46,598 nt of DNA from Candidatus Nanohaloarchaea archaeon (GTDB lineage Archaea > Nanohalarchaeota > Nanosalinia > Nanosalinales > Nanosalinaceae), in assembly GCA_042217695.1 (NCBI GenBank), contig JBDGSE010000030.1, positions 1 through 46,598 on the forward strand. The letters run 5' to 3'. Each line of letters starts with the position of its first letter. Within the stretch, counting starts at the first letter, position 1. Shown piece after piece: positions 1-8,943 of the stretch. The translations under genes and the position numbers were made by a program. Under the pieces are notes generated by a model. The model worked only from the letters and a program-made list of their open reading frames with translations. It made no database searches and was not told the DNA's origin.

Positions 1-53
1 TCCTCCAGGGAGTGTTCAAAAGTCTCCGCTATCTCGTCAAGTTGATCTACCAT
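1..53 (-). CDS. 5' end of a hypothetical protein running off the window (MVDQLDEIAETFEHSLE...)
   Basis: ATG at 53-51, open to the window edge, acidic, TATAAAAA-like box about 23 nt upstream. Confidence 0.6.
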   Translation of the reverse strand, partial: MVDQLDEIAETFEHSLE

Positions 54-124
54 GTAGTCAAATTGTCTCTGGAACTTTTTATAGCCGGGAATGATTTTTA
101 TTCCGGAGCCGAGAAGGGTTCTGT

Positions 125-979
125 ATGCTCCGCGCAGAGAACCTTTCGAAAAGCTATGGTTCGGATACCGCGGTGAAAGATTTGAGTTTTGAACTGGAGA
201 AAGGAGAAATACTGGGTCTCATCGGCCCGAACGGCGCCGGCAAGTCCACCACGATGGAGATGTGTGCGGGACTCCTGAAGCCGGACTCCGGCCAGGTATC
301 CACGGAGTATTCTTTGAGGGAGAACGTCGGCATCGTTTTCCAGAACCTTGAGGTCAGGGCCAAGGTAACGGTTAGAGAGTTCTTGACGTTGATGGAGAGG
401 TTAAACGGTTCTTCTGGAGACGTTGAACAGGTTCTGGACGCCGTGGGTTTGAACGCGGCGGATTCATGGGCCGAGGAAATCTCGGGAGGTCAGAAAAAGA
501 AGTTGAACATAGCCTCGGCACTTGTCAAAAACCCGGAGTATCTGTTGCTGGATGAATCAGCTGCAGGACTCGATGTCCAGAGCAGGACCGCGCTTGAAGA
601 TATAATCGCAAAGCTGGGGGAAGACCACGGCGTACTTCTCAGCACTCACTCCATGGATATAGCAGAAAGACTCTGCGACCGGGTCATAATAATCGAGGAC
701 GGGGAGAAAGTGATAGAGGGTGAACTGGACGAACTCCTGAACGATATAGAGTCCCAGTATATAATAAGAGGTCGCGGCCCGGTACCGGAAACCTACCGCG
801 GCGAGGCCCGGGTGGACGGAGAGTTCTTCGAGATATTCTGCGACCAGCCCCACGAAGTACTCAGGGACCTGGTTGACTCGGGTGCGATGGCCGAACTGGA
901 CGAGATCACGGTCGACAAACCAGGCCTTGAAGAAGTCTATCTGGAGGCAACAGGTGAGAGGTATGAGGAAGATAGCTGA
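125..979 (+). CDS. ABC transporter ATP-binding protein (ABC-2 exporter type)
   Basis: Walker A GPNGAGKST, signature ISGGQ, Walker B LLLDE, H-loop LSTH. Confidence 0.95.
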   Translation: MLRAENLSKSYGSDTAVKDLSFELEKGEILGLIGPNGAGKSTTMEMCAGLLKPDSGQVSTEYSLRENVGIVFQNLEVRAKVTVREFLTLMERLNGSSGDVEQVLDAVGLNAADSWAEEISGGQKKKLNIASALVKNPEYLLLDESAAGLDVQSRTALEDIIAKLGEDHGVLLSTHSMDIAERLCDRVIIIEDGEKVIEGELDELLNDIESQYIIRGRGPVPETYRGEARVDGEFFEIFCDQPHEVLRDLVDSGAMAELDEITVDKPGLEEVYLEATGERYEEDS

Positions 980-1700
980 ACTGCTGCGGATCTACTTCCT
1001 TGACAAAATCCGTAGACCGATGATGGTGGCGATGTCCCTCCTGTTCGGCCTCGGGTTTTTCGTGTTCCTCTATCTCGTGTTCCGTACAGGCGGATTAAGC
1101 TTCGGCAGTAGAGAGAGCTTCGGACCCATGTTCGCGGCATCCTACCTGGTATTCATACCCGCGTACATAGCGGTATACGGCGTTCTGAACGGTTTGCTGG
1201 AGGACTCGGAGAAGGGAGTGTTGAAGGCCTACCGCGGTTCTCGGCTCACCAAGGCCGAGTATTTCACGGCGAAAATCACAACAGCGTTGATCTCCAGCGC
1301 GTTCATCGCGGCCGGTACCTTGGTGATGACCTACTTGTTCACAGGAGTATTACTTAACCCGGCGCTGGTGTCTCTCGCGGTTTTGATGACTGTTGTATCT
1401 CACTCAGGGATAGCGTTTATAGCAGCCTCCCGCGCCACGGACCGGCAGGAATCCCAGATGGCGATGCAGCTTTTCGCCATAGTACTGATCTTCGGCACCC
1501 CGGTCTTTTATCCTGAAACCCTTCTGCCAGAGTCGGTCCGGACGCTTCAGCAGCTTATGCCTCTTACGCACAGTATAGATCTGGTGCGGGCGATAATCCA
1601 GGAGTCAGTGACCGCCGGGCTCGTAATCAAGAAGACAGGCATCCTTGCCGTGTTCTCAGCGGTGTTGCTGGGCGCAGGATACAGAGAGTTCCAGTTCTAG
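963..1700 (+). CDS. ABC-2 type permease
   Basis: About 6 TM segments, FYPETLLP...MPLTH motif; ATG at 963 overlaps the ATPase end. Confidence 0.9.
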   Translation: MRKIAELLRIYFLDKIRRPMMVAMSLLFGLGFFVFLYLVFRTGGLSFGSRESFGPMFAASYLVFIPAYIAVYGVLNGLLEDSEKGVLKAYRGSRLTKAEYFTAKITTALISSAFIAAGTLVMTYLFTGVLLNPALVSLAVLMTVVSHSGIAFIAASRATDRQESQMAMQLFAIVLIFGTPVFYPETLLPESVRTLQQLMPLTHSIDLVRAIIQESVTAGLVIKKTGILAVFSAVLLGAGYREFQF

Positions 1701-3115
1701 CCCTTTATATTCACTATGGGGCGCATCCTGGCGACTTTCTTCCCTATACCCAGCTCGTCGCTCACCTTTATCACATCGTCTATGTCCTTGTAGGAGCCGG
1801 GCGCTTCTTCTGCTATCGTTGAACCGGAGGCGGCCTTAACGTAGATTCCTTCACGTTCCAGTTCTTTCTGGACGTCGCCGCCCCAGTAGTCGTTCTTGGC
1901 CTGCGTCCGCGACTTGAGGCGGCCGGCGCCGTGGGCAGTGGATCCGAACGACAGTTCCAGCGATTTTTCTCCGCCGGAGAGTATGTAGCTGGACGTCCCC
2001 ATGCTTCCAGGTATCAGGACGGGCTGGCCCACGTCCGAGTAGACCTCCGGAACCTCTTCTCTGCCGGACGGCATCGCTCTTGTTGCGCCTTTCCTGTGTA
2101 CGAGTAGATCCTTCTCTTCTCCGTCGACTTCGTGGGTCTCCTCCTTTGCGATGTTGTGGCAGACGTCGTAGACCATCTCCACTTCTGGCTCGTCGAATAT
2201 CCTTTCCAGAGAGTCCCGGACCCCTTTCGTTATCGCCTGCCGGTTGGCCCAGGCGAAGTTGGCGGCGGCGTACATCGCCTCCCGGTAGTCCTCCGCCACC
2301 GGATCCTCGATGGGGGCGTAGATAAGTTCTTTGTCGGGTATCTCGTCAACTATCTCCGGGTGTTCTCGCTCAAATTTTCTGAGGTACTCCGTGCAGGTCT
2401 GGTGCCCCAGTCCGCGGGAGCCCGAGTGTATCATCACCACGACCTGGTCCTCCTCGAGCCCGTAGGCCTCCGCTTTGTCCCGGGTATAGATGTCCGAGAC
2501 GCGCTGGACTTCCAGGAAGTGGTTGCCGGAGCCGAGCGAACCCAGCTGTTTCAGTCCCCGCTGTTTCGCCTCTTCCGGTACTTTCTCGGGGTTGCCGGGA
2601 AGCTTCCCGTTCTCTTCGGTATGTTCCAGGTCCTCCTCCGTTGCATAACCGTTCTCCAGCATCCACTCCATCCCGTTTTCAAGTATACTGTCCAGGTCGT
2701 CTCTATCTATATCTATGTAGCCTCCTTTGCCGAGCCCGACAGGTATCTTGCTGAAGAGTATGTTGACCAGCTGCTGTTCTCTGCCCTTCACCTGTTCATA
2801 TGTCAGAGAGGTTCTCAGGACCCTCACCCCGCAGTTTATGTCGTAGCCGATTCCGCCGGGACTGATGACGCCGTCCTCCATGTCGACCGCGGCGACACCG
2901 CCTATCGGGAATCCGTAGCCCTGATGGCCGTCCGGCATCACTATCGAGTATTTCTGGATGCCGGGCAGTGTCGCAACGTTCCTCACCTGTTCCAGGGTTT
3001 TGTCTCCCTTTATCTCCTCCAGGAGCTCCTCGTTGGCGTAAACCCTGGCAGGGACTTTCATGTCTTCTGTCTGCGGTATCTCGTAGATATTTTCCGATAC
3101 TTTTTCTAGCTCCAT
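1697..3115 (-). CDS. rtcB: RNA-splicing/repair ligase RtcB
   Basis: MPDGHQGYGFPIGG, GYDINCG, GSGNHFLE, HSGSRG, HRKGAT, HGAGR motifs. Confidence 0.98.
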   Translation of the reverse strand: MELEKVSENIYEIPQTEDMKVPARVYANEELLEEIKGDKTLEQVRNVATLPGIQKYSIVMPDGHQGYGFPIGGVAAVDMEDGVISPGGIGYDINCGVRVLRTSLTYEQVKGREQQLVNILFSKIPVGLGKGGYIDIDRDDLDSILENGMEWMLENGYATEEDLEHTEENGKLPGNPEKVPEEAKQRGLKQLGSLGSGNHFLEVQRVSDIYTRDKAEAYGLEEDQVVVMIHSGSRGLGHQTCTEYLRKFEREHPEIVDEIPDKELIYAPIEDPVAEDYREAMYAAANFAWANRQAITKGVRDSLERIFDEPEVEMVYDVCHNIAKEETHEVDGEEKDLLVHRKGATRAMPSGREEVPEVYSDVGQPVLIPGSMGTSSYILSGGEKSLELSFGSTAHGAGRLKSRTQAKNDYWGGDVQKELEREGIYVKAASGSTIAEEAPGSYKDIDDVIKVSDELGIGKKVARMRPIVNIKG

Positions 3116-3154
3116 GGTAACCGGTGAGGGCTGAAGATTTAGAAATACACCGGT

Positions 3155-3574
3155 TCAGATATCCAGGACCGCTTCAAGGATCCAGCGACCGTCTTCGTGA
3201 TCCACCTTCATCTCGCTGTAGGTCGGCGCCTTGATGTCGAGGTAGGAGCCCCCTGCATCGAGTGTGTCCACGAGAACTGTTGCCGTCAGCGAGAACCCGT
3301 CGTCTATCTCGCCAACCTCCTCTATCTCGATCTCCTCCAGGTGCGACACCGCCACTCCCTCAGTGTCCTGTAAAAATATCAGCCGGTCCAGGAAGTCGAA
3401 AAGCAGCGCCTCCAGGTTCTCCGATTCGATCTCGATATCGTGGCTGTACATGCCCTCTCCGCCGCCGACTATCTCCGAGAGCGCCCTTGTGGCCTCTGAA
3501 AACGCTTCTTCAAGCGTGCCTCCTGTGGCGCGAAACTTTTCATCCGCGGTGTGTTCAAGTATCTCGTAGCTCAT
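3155..3574 (-). CDS. Archease (RtcB cofactor)
   Basis: EHTAD N-terminus, IKAPTY, C-terminal LDI; adjacent to rtcB. Confidence 0.95.
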   Translation of the reverse strand: MSYEILEHTADEKFRATGGTLEEAFSEATRALSEIVGGGEGMYSHDIEIESENLEALLFDFLDRLIFLQDTEGVAVSHLEEIEIEEVGEIDDGFSLTATVLVDTLDAGGSYLDIKAPTYSEMKVDHEDGRWILEAVLDI

Positions 3575-4149
3575 CCTACCCTCTCCGGGAACCTTTTCTC
3601 CAGCACCTTTTTCACAAGTCTCCTTTGTTCCTCCACCCCTAAATCAGTGTTGTCTATCACCAGGTCGTATATGTCCCGCCGAGAGATATCGATGCCGTAG
3701 TACTTCCGGTAACGTTCGCGGTTCGCCTCGTCCCTCTCTACAATGTTTTCACGGGCCTCCTCTTCAGGGATACCCTCGCGTTCCGCGACCCTTCGTGCCC
3801 TTTCATCCAGGTCTGCCTCCAGGTATATCTTCAGGTCGGAGTAGTCGCCGAGCACCCAGGAGGATATCCGCGAATCGATGACCGAATCCTCGGCGAGTGC
3901 CTTTTCCAGTATCCTTCTGTCCACTTCGAGGTCCACATCCCGGTCCGCCTCTTTCGAAAGTTCGAGTACGGTCATACCTTTCTCCCTGGCTATCCTGCGG
4001 AACACTCCGCCTGTGGAGAGATGATTTACGTCCAGCAGTTCCGAGATATGGTCTGCCAGTGTCCCCTTGCCAGCGCCGGAGAGGCCGTCTATCGTCACCA
4101 CTACCTCGGATTGTTTTTCTCCCTCGAATCCATCGATATAGCTCCGCAT
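3571..4149 (-). CDS. cmk: Archaeal cytidylate kinase
   Basis: P-loop IDGLSGAGKGT, STGGVFR, RYRKYYGID...YDLVID; ATGA overlap with archease. Confidence 0.92.
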   Translation of the reverse strand: MRSYIDGFEGEKQSEVVVTIDGLSGAGKGTLADHISELLDVNHLSTGGVFRRIAREKGMTVLELSKEADRDVDLEVDRRILEKALAEDSVIDSRISSWVLGDYSDLKIYLEADLDERARRVAEREGIPEEEARENIVERDEANRERYRKYYGIDISRRDIYDLVIDNTDLGVEEQRRLVKKVLEKRFPERVG

Positions 4150-4247
4150 GGTTTCTTATTCTGTCTAGAAACTTTATGGTTTACCGGTAACGGAACTGGA
4201 GGAACTGCCACGGAACGGCTTTTCAACCTCAAGTTAAATCCGGGGAT

Positions 4248-5330
4248 ATGGCGAAGAGCGGTACTGCAGATCTTCCACTTCACACCGGCAAAGCCCCGAG
4301 ATGGCTGTTCGACAGGATGGAGGAGCTTGGCGGAAAAATTTCCGAGGTCATAATAGAGGAGCACGGCCAGGAGGTTTTGCTGGAGAGACTGGCAGATCCC
4401 TACTGGTTCCAGGCGTTCGGCTGCGTACTCGGGTTCGACTGGCACTCCTCGGGTCTCACCACTACCACCATGGGCGCCTTAAAGCAGGCGCTGGAGCCTG
4501 AAGAACACGGCTTGAAGGTCGTGGGCGGGAAGGGTTCGGCCTCGAGGAACACCCCGGAGGAGATAGCCGGGAACGAGTTCAACCTTTCAACATCCGCCGT
4601 GGAGAGACTCCAGGATATCAGCCGGAAGAGCGCCGCCGTCGACAACTCCACGGTCCAGGATTCCTACACCCTGTACCACCACACGATGGTTGTCTCCGAG
4701 GAAGGAGACTGGGTGGTTGTACAGCAGGGCATGAACGACAGTTACGCCCGGCGGTACCACTGGCTGTCCTCGGAGACGGAGGGTCTCCTGGAAGACCCGC
4801 AGGCTGCCGTCGCATCCCAGCGGAAGAGGGATGAAACACTGAACCTTTCCTCCTCGCGATCGGGAGAGACCCGGGAGATATCCGTGGACCTGGTCAACGA
4901 CAACCCCTCGCATCTCATGAAGTATGTGAACGGCCAGCACTCGCTGGACGATTTCTCCCGGAACAGGAAACTGGATATGCCGCAACACCACATACTGAGA
5001 GATTCCGACCTGTCCGAGAAATCCATAGAACAGTTACAAGAGGCGTACGAGGTGCAACCCGCGGACTACGAGGAACTGCTCTCGGTGAAAGGCGTGGGGA
5101 AGAAGTCGCTGCGGGCCCTCGCCCTGATATCCGAACTGGTCTATGGATCAGAAAGCTCCTGGGACGACCCGGCGAAGTACTCCTACGCCCACGGTGGGAA
5201 GGACGGAACGCCTTACCCCGTGGACCGTGAAAAGTACGATGAATCCATCGAACACCTTGAACACGCCCTGGAGAAAACTGAAGACGGCAAACATAAGCGG
5301 AAGGCCATGAAAAGACTCAGCAGGTTCTAG
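4248..5330 (+). CDS. DUF763 domain protein
   Basis: LPLHTGKAPRWL, FQAFGCVLGFDWHSSG, YAHGGKDGTPYPV; HhH-like LLSVKGVGKK. Confidence 0.9.
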   Translation: MAKSGTADLPLHTGKAPRWLFDRMEELGGKISEVIIEEHGQEVLLERLADPYWFQAFGCVLGFDWHSSGLTTTTMGALKQALEPEEHGLKVVGGKGSASRNTPEEIAGNEFNLSTSAVERLQDISRKSAAVDNSTVQDSYTLYHHTMVVSEEGDWVVVQQGMNDSYARRYHWLSSETEGLLEDPQAAVASQRKRDETLNLSSSRSGETREISVDLVNDNPSHLMKYVNGQHSLDDFSRNRKLDMPQHHILRDSDLSEKSIEQLQEAYEVQPADYEELLSVKGVGKKSLRALALISELVYGSESSWDDPAKYSYAHGGKDGTPYPVDREKYDESIEHLEHALEKTEDGKHKRKAMKRLSRF

Positions 5331-5887
5331 CGGGAGACGTGCGGGTTCCCGGACTCGTAGAACCTTAGCTCCAGGTCCTCTCCCTGCGATACACCTATCC
5401 TCGTGTCCTTTTCTATCTCCCCGGCCTCTCCGGTTTCAAGCCTGAGGTCTCCCTCTGTTACATCCATGTCGTTCTGTTCCTTTGTTATACCGTATGCCTC
5501 GCACAGCTTTCCCGGACCGCTGCAGAGTTCTTCCCGGGAATCGACGCCGCGGTTCTGGAACATGGTTTCGGCGCCTTCAAGCGGTTCGATCGCCCGTATA
5601 AGCACCGCGCCGGGTTCGCCTTCCTGGCTCGCGGAGATGTTCAGCATGTTGTGGATTCCGTAGCAGACGTAGACGTATGTTTTACCGGGAGGACCGAACA
5701 TCACCTGGTTTCTCTCCGTCTTCCCAGTGAACGCGTGGGAGGCCGGGTCCTTCACATCTCTGTTGCCGTAGTAGGCCTCGGTCTCAACGATTCTTCCCTT
5801 CAGGCCCTTGCTCTCCCATACAAGTTTCGCGCCGACCAGATCCTTCGCGACCTCCGCCGGGTCGCGCCTGAAGAAACCACGCTCCAT
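5327..5887 (-). CDS. mpg: DNA-3-methyladenine glycosylase (MPG/AAG family)
   Basis: GRIVETEAY, YVYVCYGIH, AVLIRA, SGPGKLC, RIG. Confidence 0.95.
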   Translation of the reverse strand: MERGFFRRDPAEVAKDLVGAKLVWESKGLKGRIVETEAYYGNRDVKDPASHAFTGKTERNQVMFGPPGKTYVYVCYGIHNMLNISASQEGEPGAVLIRAIEPLEGAETMFQNRGVDSREELCSGPGKLCEAYGITKEQNDMDVTEGDLRLETGEAGEIEKDTRIGVSQGEDLELRFYESGNPHVSR

Positions 5888-5997
5888 GCATCCAGGTATT
5901 GCAACACAGCTTATTGAACTTTACGAGCAGACCAGAAAAAAGTTCCTGAAGTACCTTTCACTTCGGAAGGCTCTATGTTGATCACCTGACAGCAGGT

Positions 5998-6021
5998 CGC
6001 GGAACACAGGATTCGAACCCG
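5998..6021 (-). repeat. Degenerate direct copy of the tRNA-Asp T-arm/acceptor 3' end
   Basis: cgcggaacacaggattcgaacccg vs tRNA 6055-6078 cgcggagcccgggatttgaacccg, 20/24 identical. Confidence 0.7.
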
Positions 6022-6054
6022 AATCCTGTTCGAGCACTCTTTCATGCAAAAGAG

Positions 6055-6129
6055 CGCGGAGCCCGGGATTTGAACCCGGGTCTTCACCGTGACAGGGTGA
6101 AATGATGGGCCAGACTACACCAGCTCCGC
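6055..6129 (-). tRNA. tRNA-Asp(GUC)
   Basis: Acceptor GCGGAGC/GCTCCGC, anticodon arm TCACC-CTGTCAC-GGTGA, T arm CCGGG-TTCAAAT-CCCGG, discriminator G, CCA not encoded. Confidence 0.97.
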
Positions 6130-6213
6130 AGGTATATTTCTTGGTGCACGTGAAGTCTTTTAAACTATCCACCTTTCCCGGGGTATAAAACTGTTCGGCG
6201 GCGAGAATCCACC

Positions 6214-7431
6214 ATGAGCCGGCAGTACCTGGTGATAGGTAACGGGAACGCGGGCGCCACCGCGGCAGAGAAACTCCGGGAGGAAGACGGGGACGCCGAT
6301 ATAACAGTGGTCACTGATGACTCCGAGGCGCTCTACAACCGGATAATGCTTAAGAACTACATGAAGGGCACGCTCCCGCTGCAGTACAGCCGTGTCCACG
6401 ACCGGAAATGGTACGAGAAAAGAGGCATCGAGCTCCACCTCGAGACAAGGATAGAGGAGGTGGACCTTGAGGACCAGGTCGCGGTCTCCTCCTCGGGGGA
6501 AAGCTTCTCCTACGACAGCTTGCTGGTTGCGACCGGCGGCTCTCCGAGAGAGCACCCTGAAGATGAAGGATACGAGAACGTGCACTACATGTGGACCATG
6601 GCCGATGCAGAGGAGGTGAGAGCCGACGCGGAGTCCGCCAGGAAAGCTGTGGTGATAGGTGGCGGGCTTCTGGGTATAGACCTGGCCCTGGCATACGCGG
6701 AAAACGGGGCTGAAACATACTACCTTGTACGCGCCGACAACTGGTGGCACCGCGGACTGGATGATCCGGGCGCTGAGATCATACACCGAAAGCTGGAGGA
6801 GAAAGGGGTCAACGTGTTTACAGGCACGGAGGTCCGAGAACTTGTATCACGCAACGGAGAGGTTGTGAAGGTAACCGCCGACGACAGAGAATTCGAATGC
6901 GACACGGTTGCGGTCGCGATAGGCCAGGAGCCGAACTCGGATTTCATCGATGTGGAGAAGAATGACAGAGGTATGATAAAGACGGACGAAACCCTTGAGA
7001 CCTCTGAAAAAGGAGTCTACGCTGCCGGGAACATGGTGGAGTACTACTCGCCAGTATTCGAGAAACGCGTCGAGAAAGGTTCCTGGGACCACTCCGAGGC
7101 GATGGGTGAGACCGCCGCCAGGAATATGATGGATGCAGATCTCTCCGGGGATAACCGTGGCGGCGCCGACCAGGAGTTCCGGTACGTGAATACCTATGGG
7201 GTCGGACATTTCGACGTCCAGTTCCTGGCCATCGGAGACTGGGACGCCGAGGCCGTACAGAAAAAGTACTCGGAGGACGAGTACCGACGCCTCTTCTTCG
7301 ACGGGAAAAGACTGGTGGGCGCGGTTATGATAGGGTACACGAAGGGCCAGGAGCAGATAAGGAACTGGATCAAGGAGAAGAGAGAATTTTCCGACAGGGA
7401 GAGGTTGCTGGAGAAAAGTTTCTGGGAGTAA
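6214..7431 (+). CDS. NAD(P)/FAD-dependent oxidoreductase (rubredoxin/ferredoxin reductase-like)
   Basis: IGNGNAG, ATGG, IGGGLLG, VYAAG motifs. Confidence 0.9.
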   Translation: MSRQYLVIGNGNAGATAAEKLREEDGDADITVVTDDSEALYNRIMLKNYMKGTLPLQYSRVHDRKWYEKRGIELHLETRIEEVDLEDQVAVSSSGESFSYDSLLVATGGSPREHPEDEGYENVHYMWTMADAEEVRADAESARKAVVIGGGLLGIDLALAYAENGAETYYLVRADNWWHRGLDDPGAEIIHRKLEEKGVNVFTGTEVRELVSRNGEVVKVTADDREFECDTVAVAIGQEPNSDFIDVEKNDRGMIKTDETLETSEKGVYAAGNMVEYYSPVFEKRVEKGSWDHSEAMGETAARNMMDADLSGDNRGGADQEFRYVNTYGVGHFDVQFLAIGDWDAEAVQKKYSEDEYRRLFFDGKRLVGAVMIGYTKGQEQIRNWIKEKREFSDRERLLEKSFWE

Positions 7432-7470
7432 CCGGACAGATTTTAATATCTCCGTCTCCGATGCTTCCAC

Positions 7471-7926
7471 ATGCAAGGCAAAATAGAGGGACGCATAGTT
7501 GGAATCGAGGACGAGGTCGATTACCGCGGCACCACCCAGAAAGTGGTTGAGGTGGAGGTCAGCGACGGAAACACGATAAAAGTCTTCGACGAGACCGGCT
7601 CCCTGGGGGAAGACATGGTCGGGGAGTCCCGGCAGATGTCGCTGATGTTCCTTGTGGAAAGCGCGGAGGCGCACAGCCTGGAGAGAGCTATCGATCCCGA
7701 GGAAGGATCGGAACCTTATTACTGTCTTGTAAGCGGTGAAGTCCAGGAGAAAGGTCTCCGGGAACACGAGAACAGTGTACTGAATCTTTTAAGCCTTGAC
7801 GTAGGCCAGGGAACTGTCCTGGTAAAATTCGACGAGACAAACGGGATATGGACAGATATAAGCGAAGGAGACACTATAAGAGTACTTGCAAACAAGATAG
7901 TGCTCCTTGACCTTGTTTCAAACTAG
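7471..7926 (+). CDS. Hypothetical beta-rich protein, possibly tandem OB-fold
   Basis: Acidic ORF with TATA-like box at 7441-7448; two similar halves. Confidence 0.75.
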   Translation: MQGKIEGRIVGIEDEVDYRGTTQKVVEVEVSDGNTIKVFDETGSLGEDMVGESRQMSLMFLVESAEAHSLERAIDPEEGSEPYYCLVSGEVQEKGLREHENSVLNLLSLDVGQGTVLVKFDETNGIWTDISEGDTIRVLANKIVLLDLVSN

Positions 7927-8909
7927 TCGTGGTTTATCTCCACTTCATCAAGCACGTCAAGAGCCTTTGTAGATACGAAGGCCATATCCTGCCAGTCCTT
8001 TGTCATCCGGGGACACGCACAGTTGACATATATGTCGATGCCGTAACCCTTGTAATCTGACTCGAATATACGGTCTTCCACGAACACGTAGACGTCTTTA
8101 CCGTGTTTTTCAAGCTTCTCCTTTGCTATCTCCACTGCGCGTTGATAGTTCTGACCTTTCTTTGAAGAGGTGATTATACCCCATTTCTTGTCGTCCTTGT
8201 GGTTTATCACCCGGGCGTACTCGGCCTGGAGTTCGTCCTCCAGGGAGTCTGGTTCCTCTATCCAGATGTGGCGTTCATAGGGATCGACCACGTACACCTT
8301 TTTCCCGGTCTCGGATACCTGTGACGGGTGGAACTCTCCCGAACCCAGGAACACGAAAGCATCGACTTTGTGCGCGATGTTGTGTGCCGCCCCTGCGTCA
8401 CACCCCAGGACCTGGCCGGGTTCAGTCGTCCTCAGACCGGTCTTGCCATCCACGACCTCGAAGCCTTTGTCCTCCAGGAACTCCCGGACCTGGTCTGCCC
8501 GGTCCATGTACTGTGTGACTCCTACCAGTCCGACAGTTTCCTCCTCTATCTTCTCGTACTCCTCCTCCAGGACCCCCATAAGATCTCTATCCTCCCTGTA
8601 AGGCAGGTAGTAGACATCCTGGTCCTCCATGTCGGCTCCTTCCGGGTGCAGGAAACGGGTGTGTCCGACATGTATCAGGGCATCGGCCCCCATGCTCTCC
8701 ACCTTCTCATCAGCTATACCGCAGGCCCCGAAAGACGAGGACCCGACGAGGACTGTCTCGTACCCCTCTTCTCTCAGGCGGTCCGAGAACTCTATCAGCT
8801 GGGGTTTGATGCCGTCAGGACCCTGTATGCCTATCTTGTCGTACTCATCCGGCAGGTCAGATATTATCCCGTCCAGGGACTCGTAGTTCCATTTTTCGCG
8901 TTCAGTCAT
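7923..8909 (-). CDS. dph2: Diphthamide biosynthesis enzyme Dph2
   Basis: IQGPDG, FGAC, HVGH, GQVLGC, KKGQ, ACPR (three Fe-S cysteines). Confidence 0.93.
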   Translation of the reverse strand: MTEREKWNYESLDGIISDLPDEYDKIGIQGPDGIKPQLIEFSDRLREEGYETVLVGSSSFGACGIADEKVESMGADALIHVGHTRFLHPEGADMEDQDVYYLPYREDRDLMGVLEEEYEKIEEETVGLVGVTQYMDRADQVREFLEDKGFEVVDGKTGLRTTEPGQVLGCDAGAAHNIAHKVDAFVFLGSGEFHPSQVSETGKKVYVVDPYERHIWIEEPDSLEDELQAEYARVINHKDDKKWGIITSSKKGQNYQRAVEIAKEKLEKHGKDVYVFVEDRIFESDYKGYGIDIYVNCACPRMTKDWQDMAFVSTKALDVLDEVEINHD

Positions 8910-8943
8910 ACCCCATTATTCAGGGCGAAATCTTTTCAATACG

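Noticed and set aside
2132..3109. Long antisense ORFs (also 6847-7767, 33280-34020 and others)
   Set aside because: Shadow ORFs of GC-rich coding strands with no motifs
4190..4230. GGAAC repeated three times in the cmk/DUF763 spacer
   Set aside because: Too short to separate from chance; not CRISPR-like
5921..6172. 83-aa ORF
   Set aside because: Overlaps tRNA-Asp; spurious
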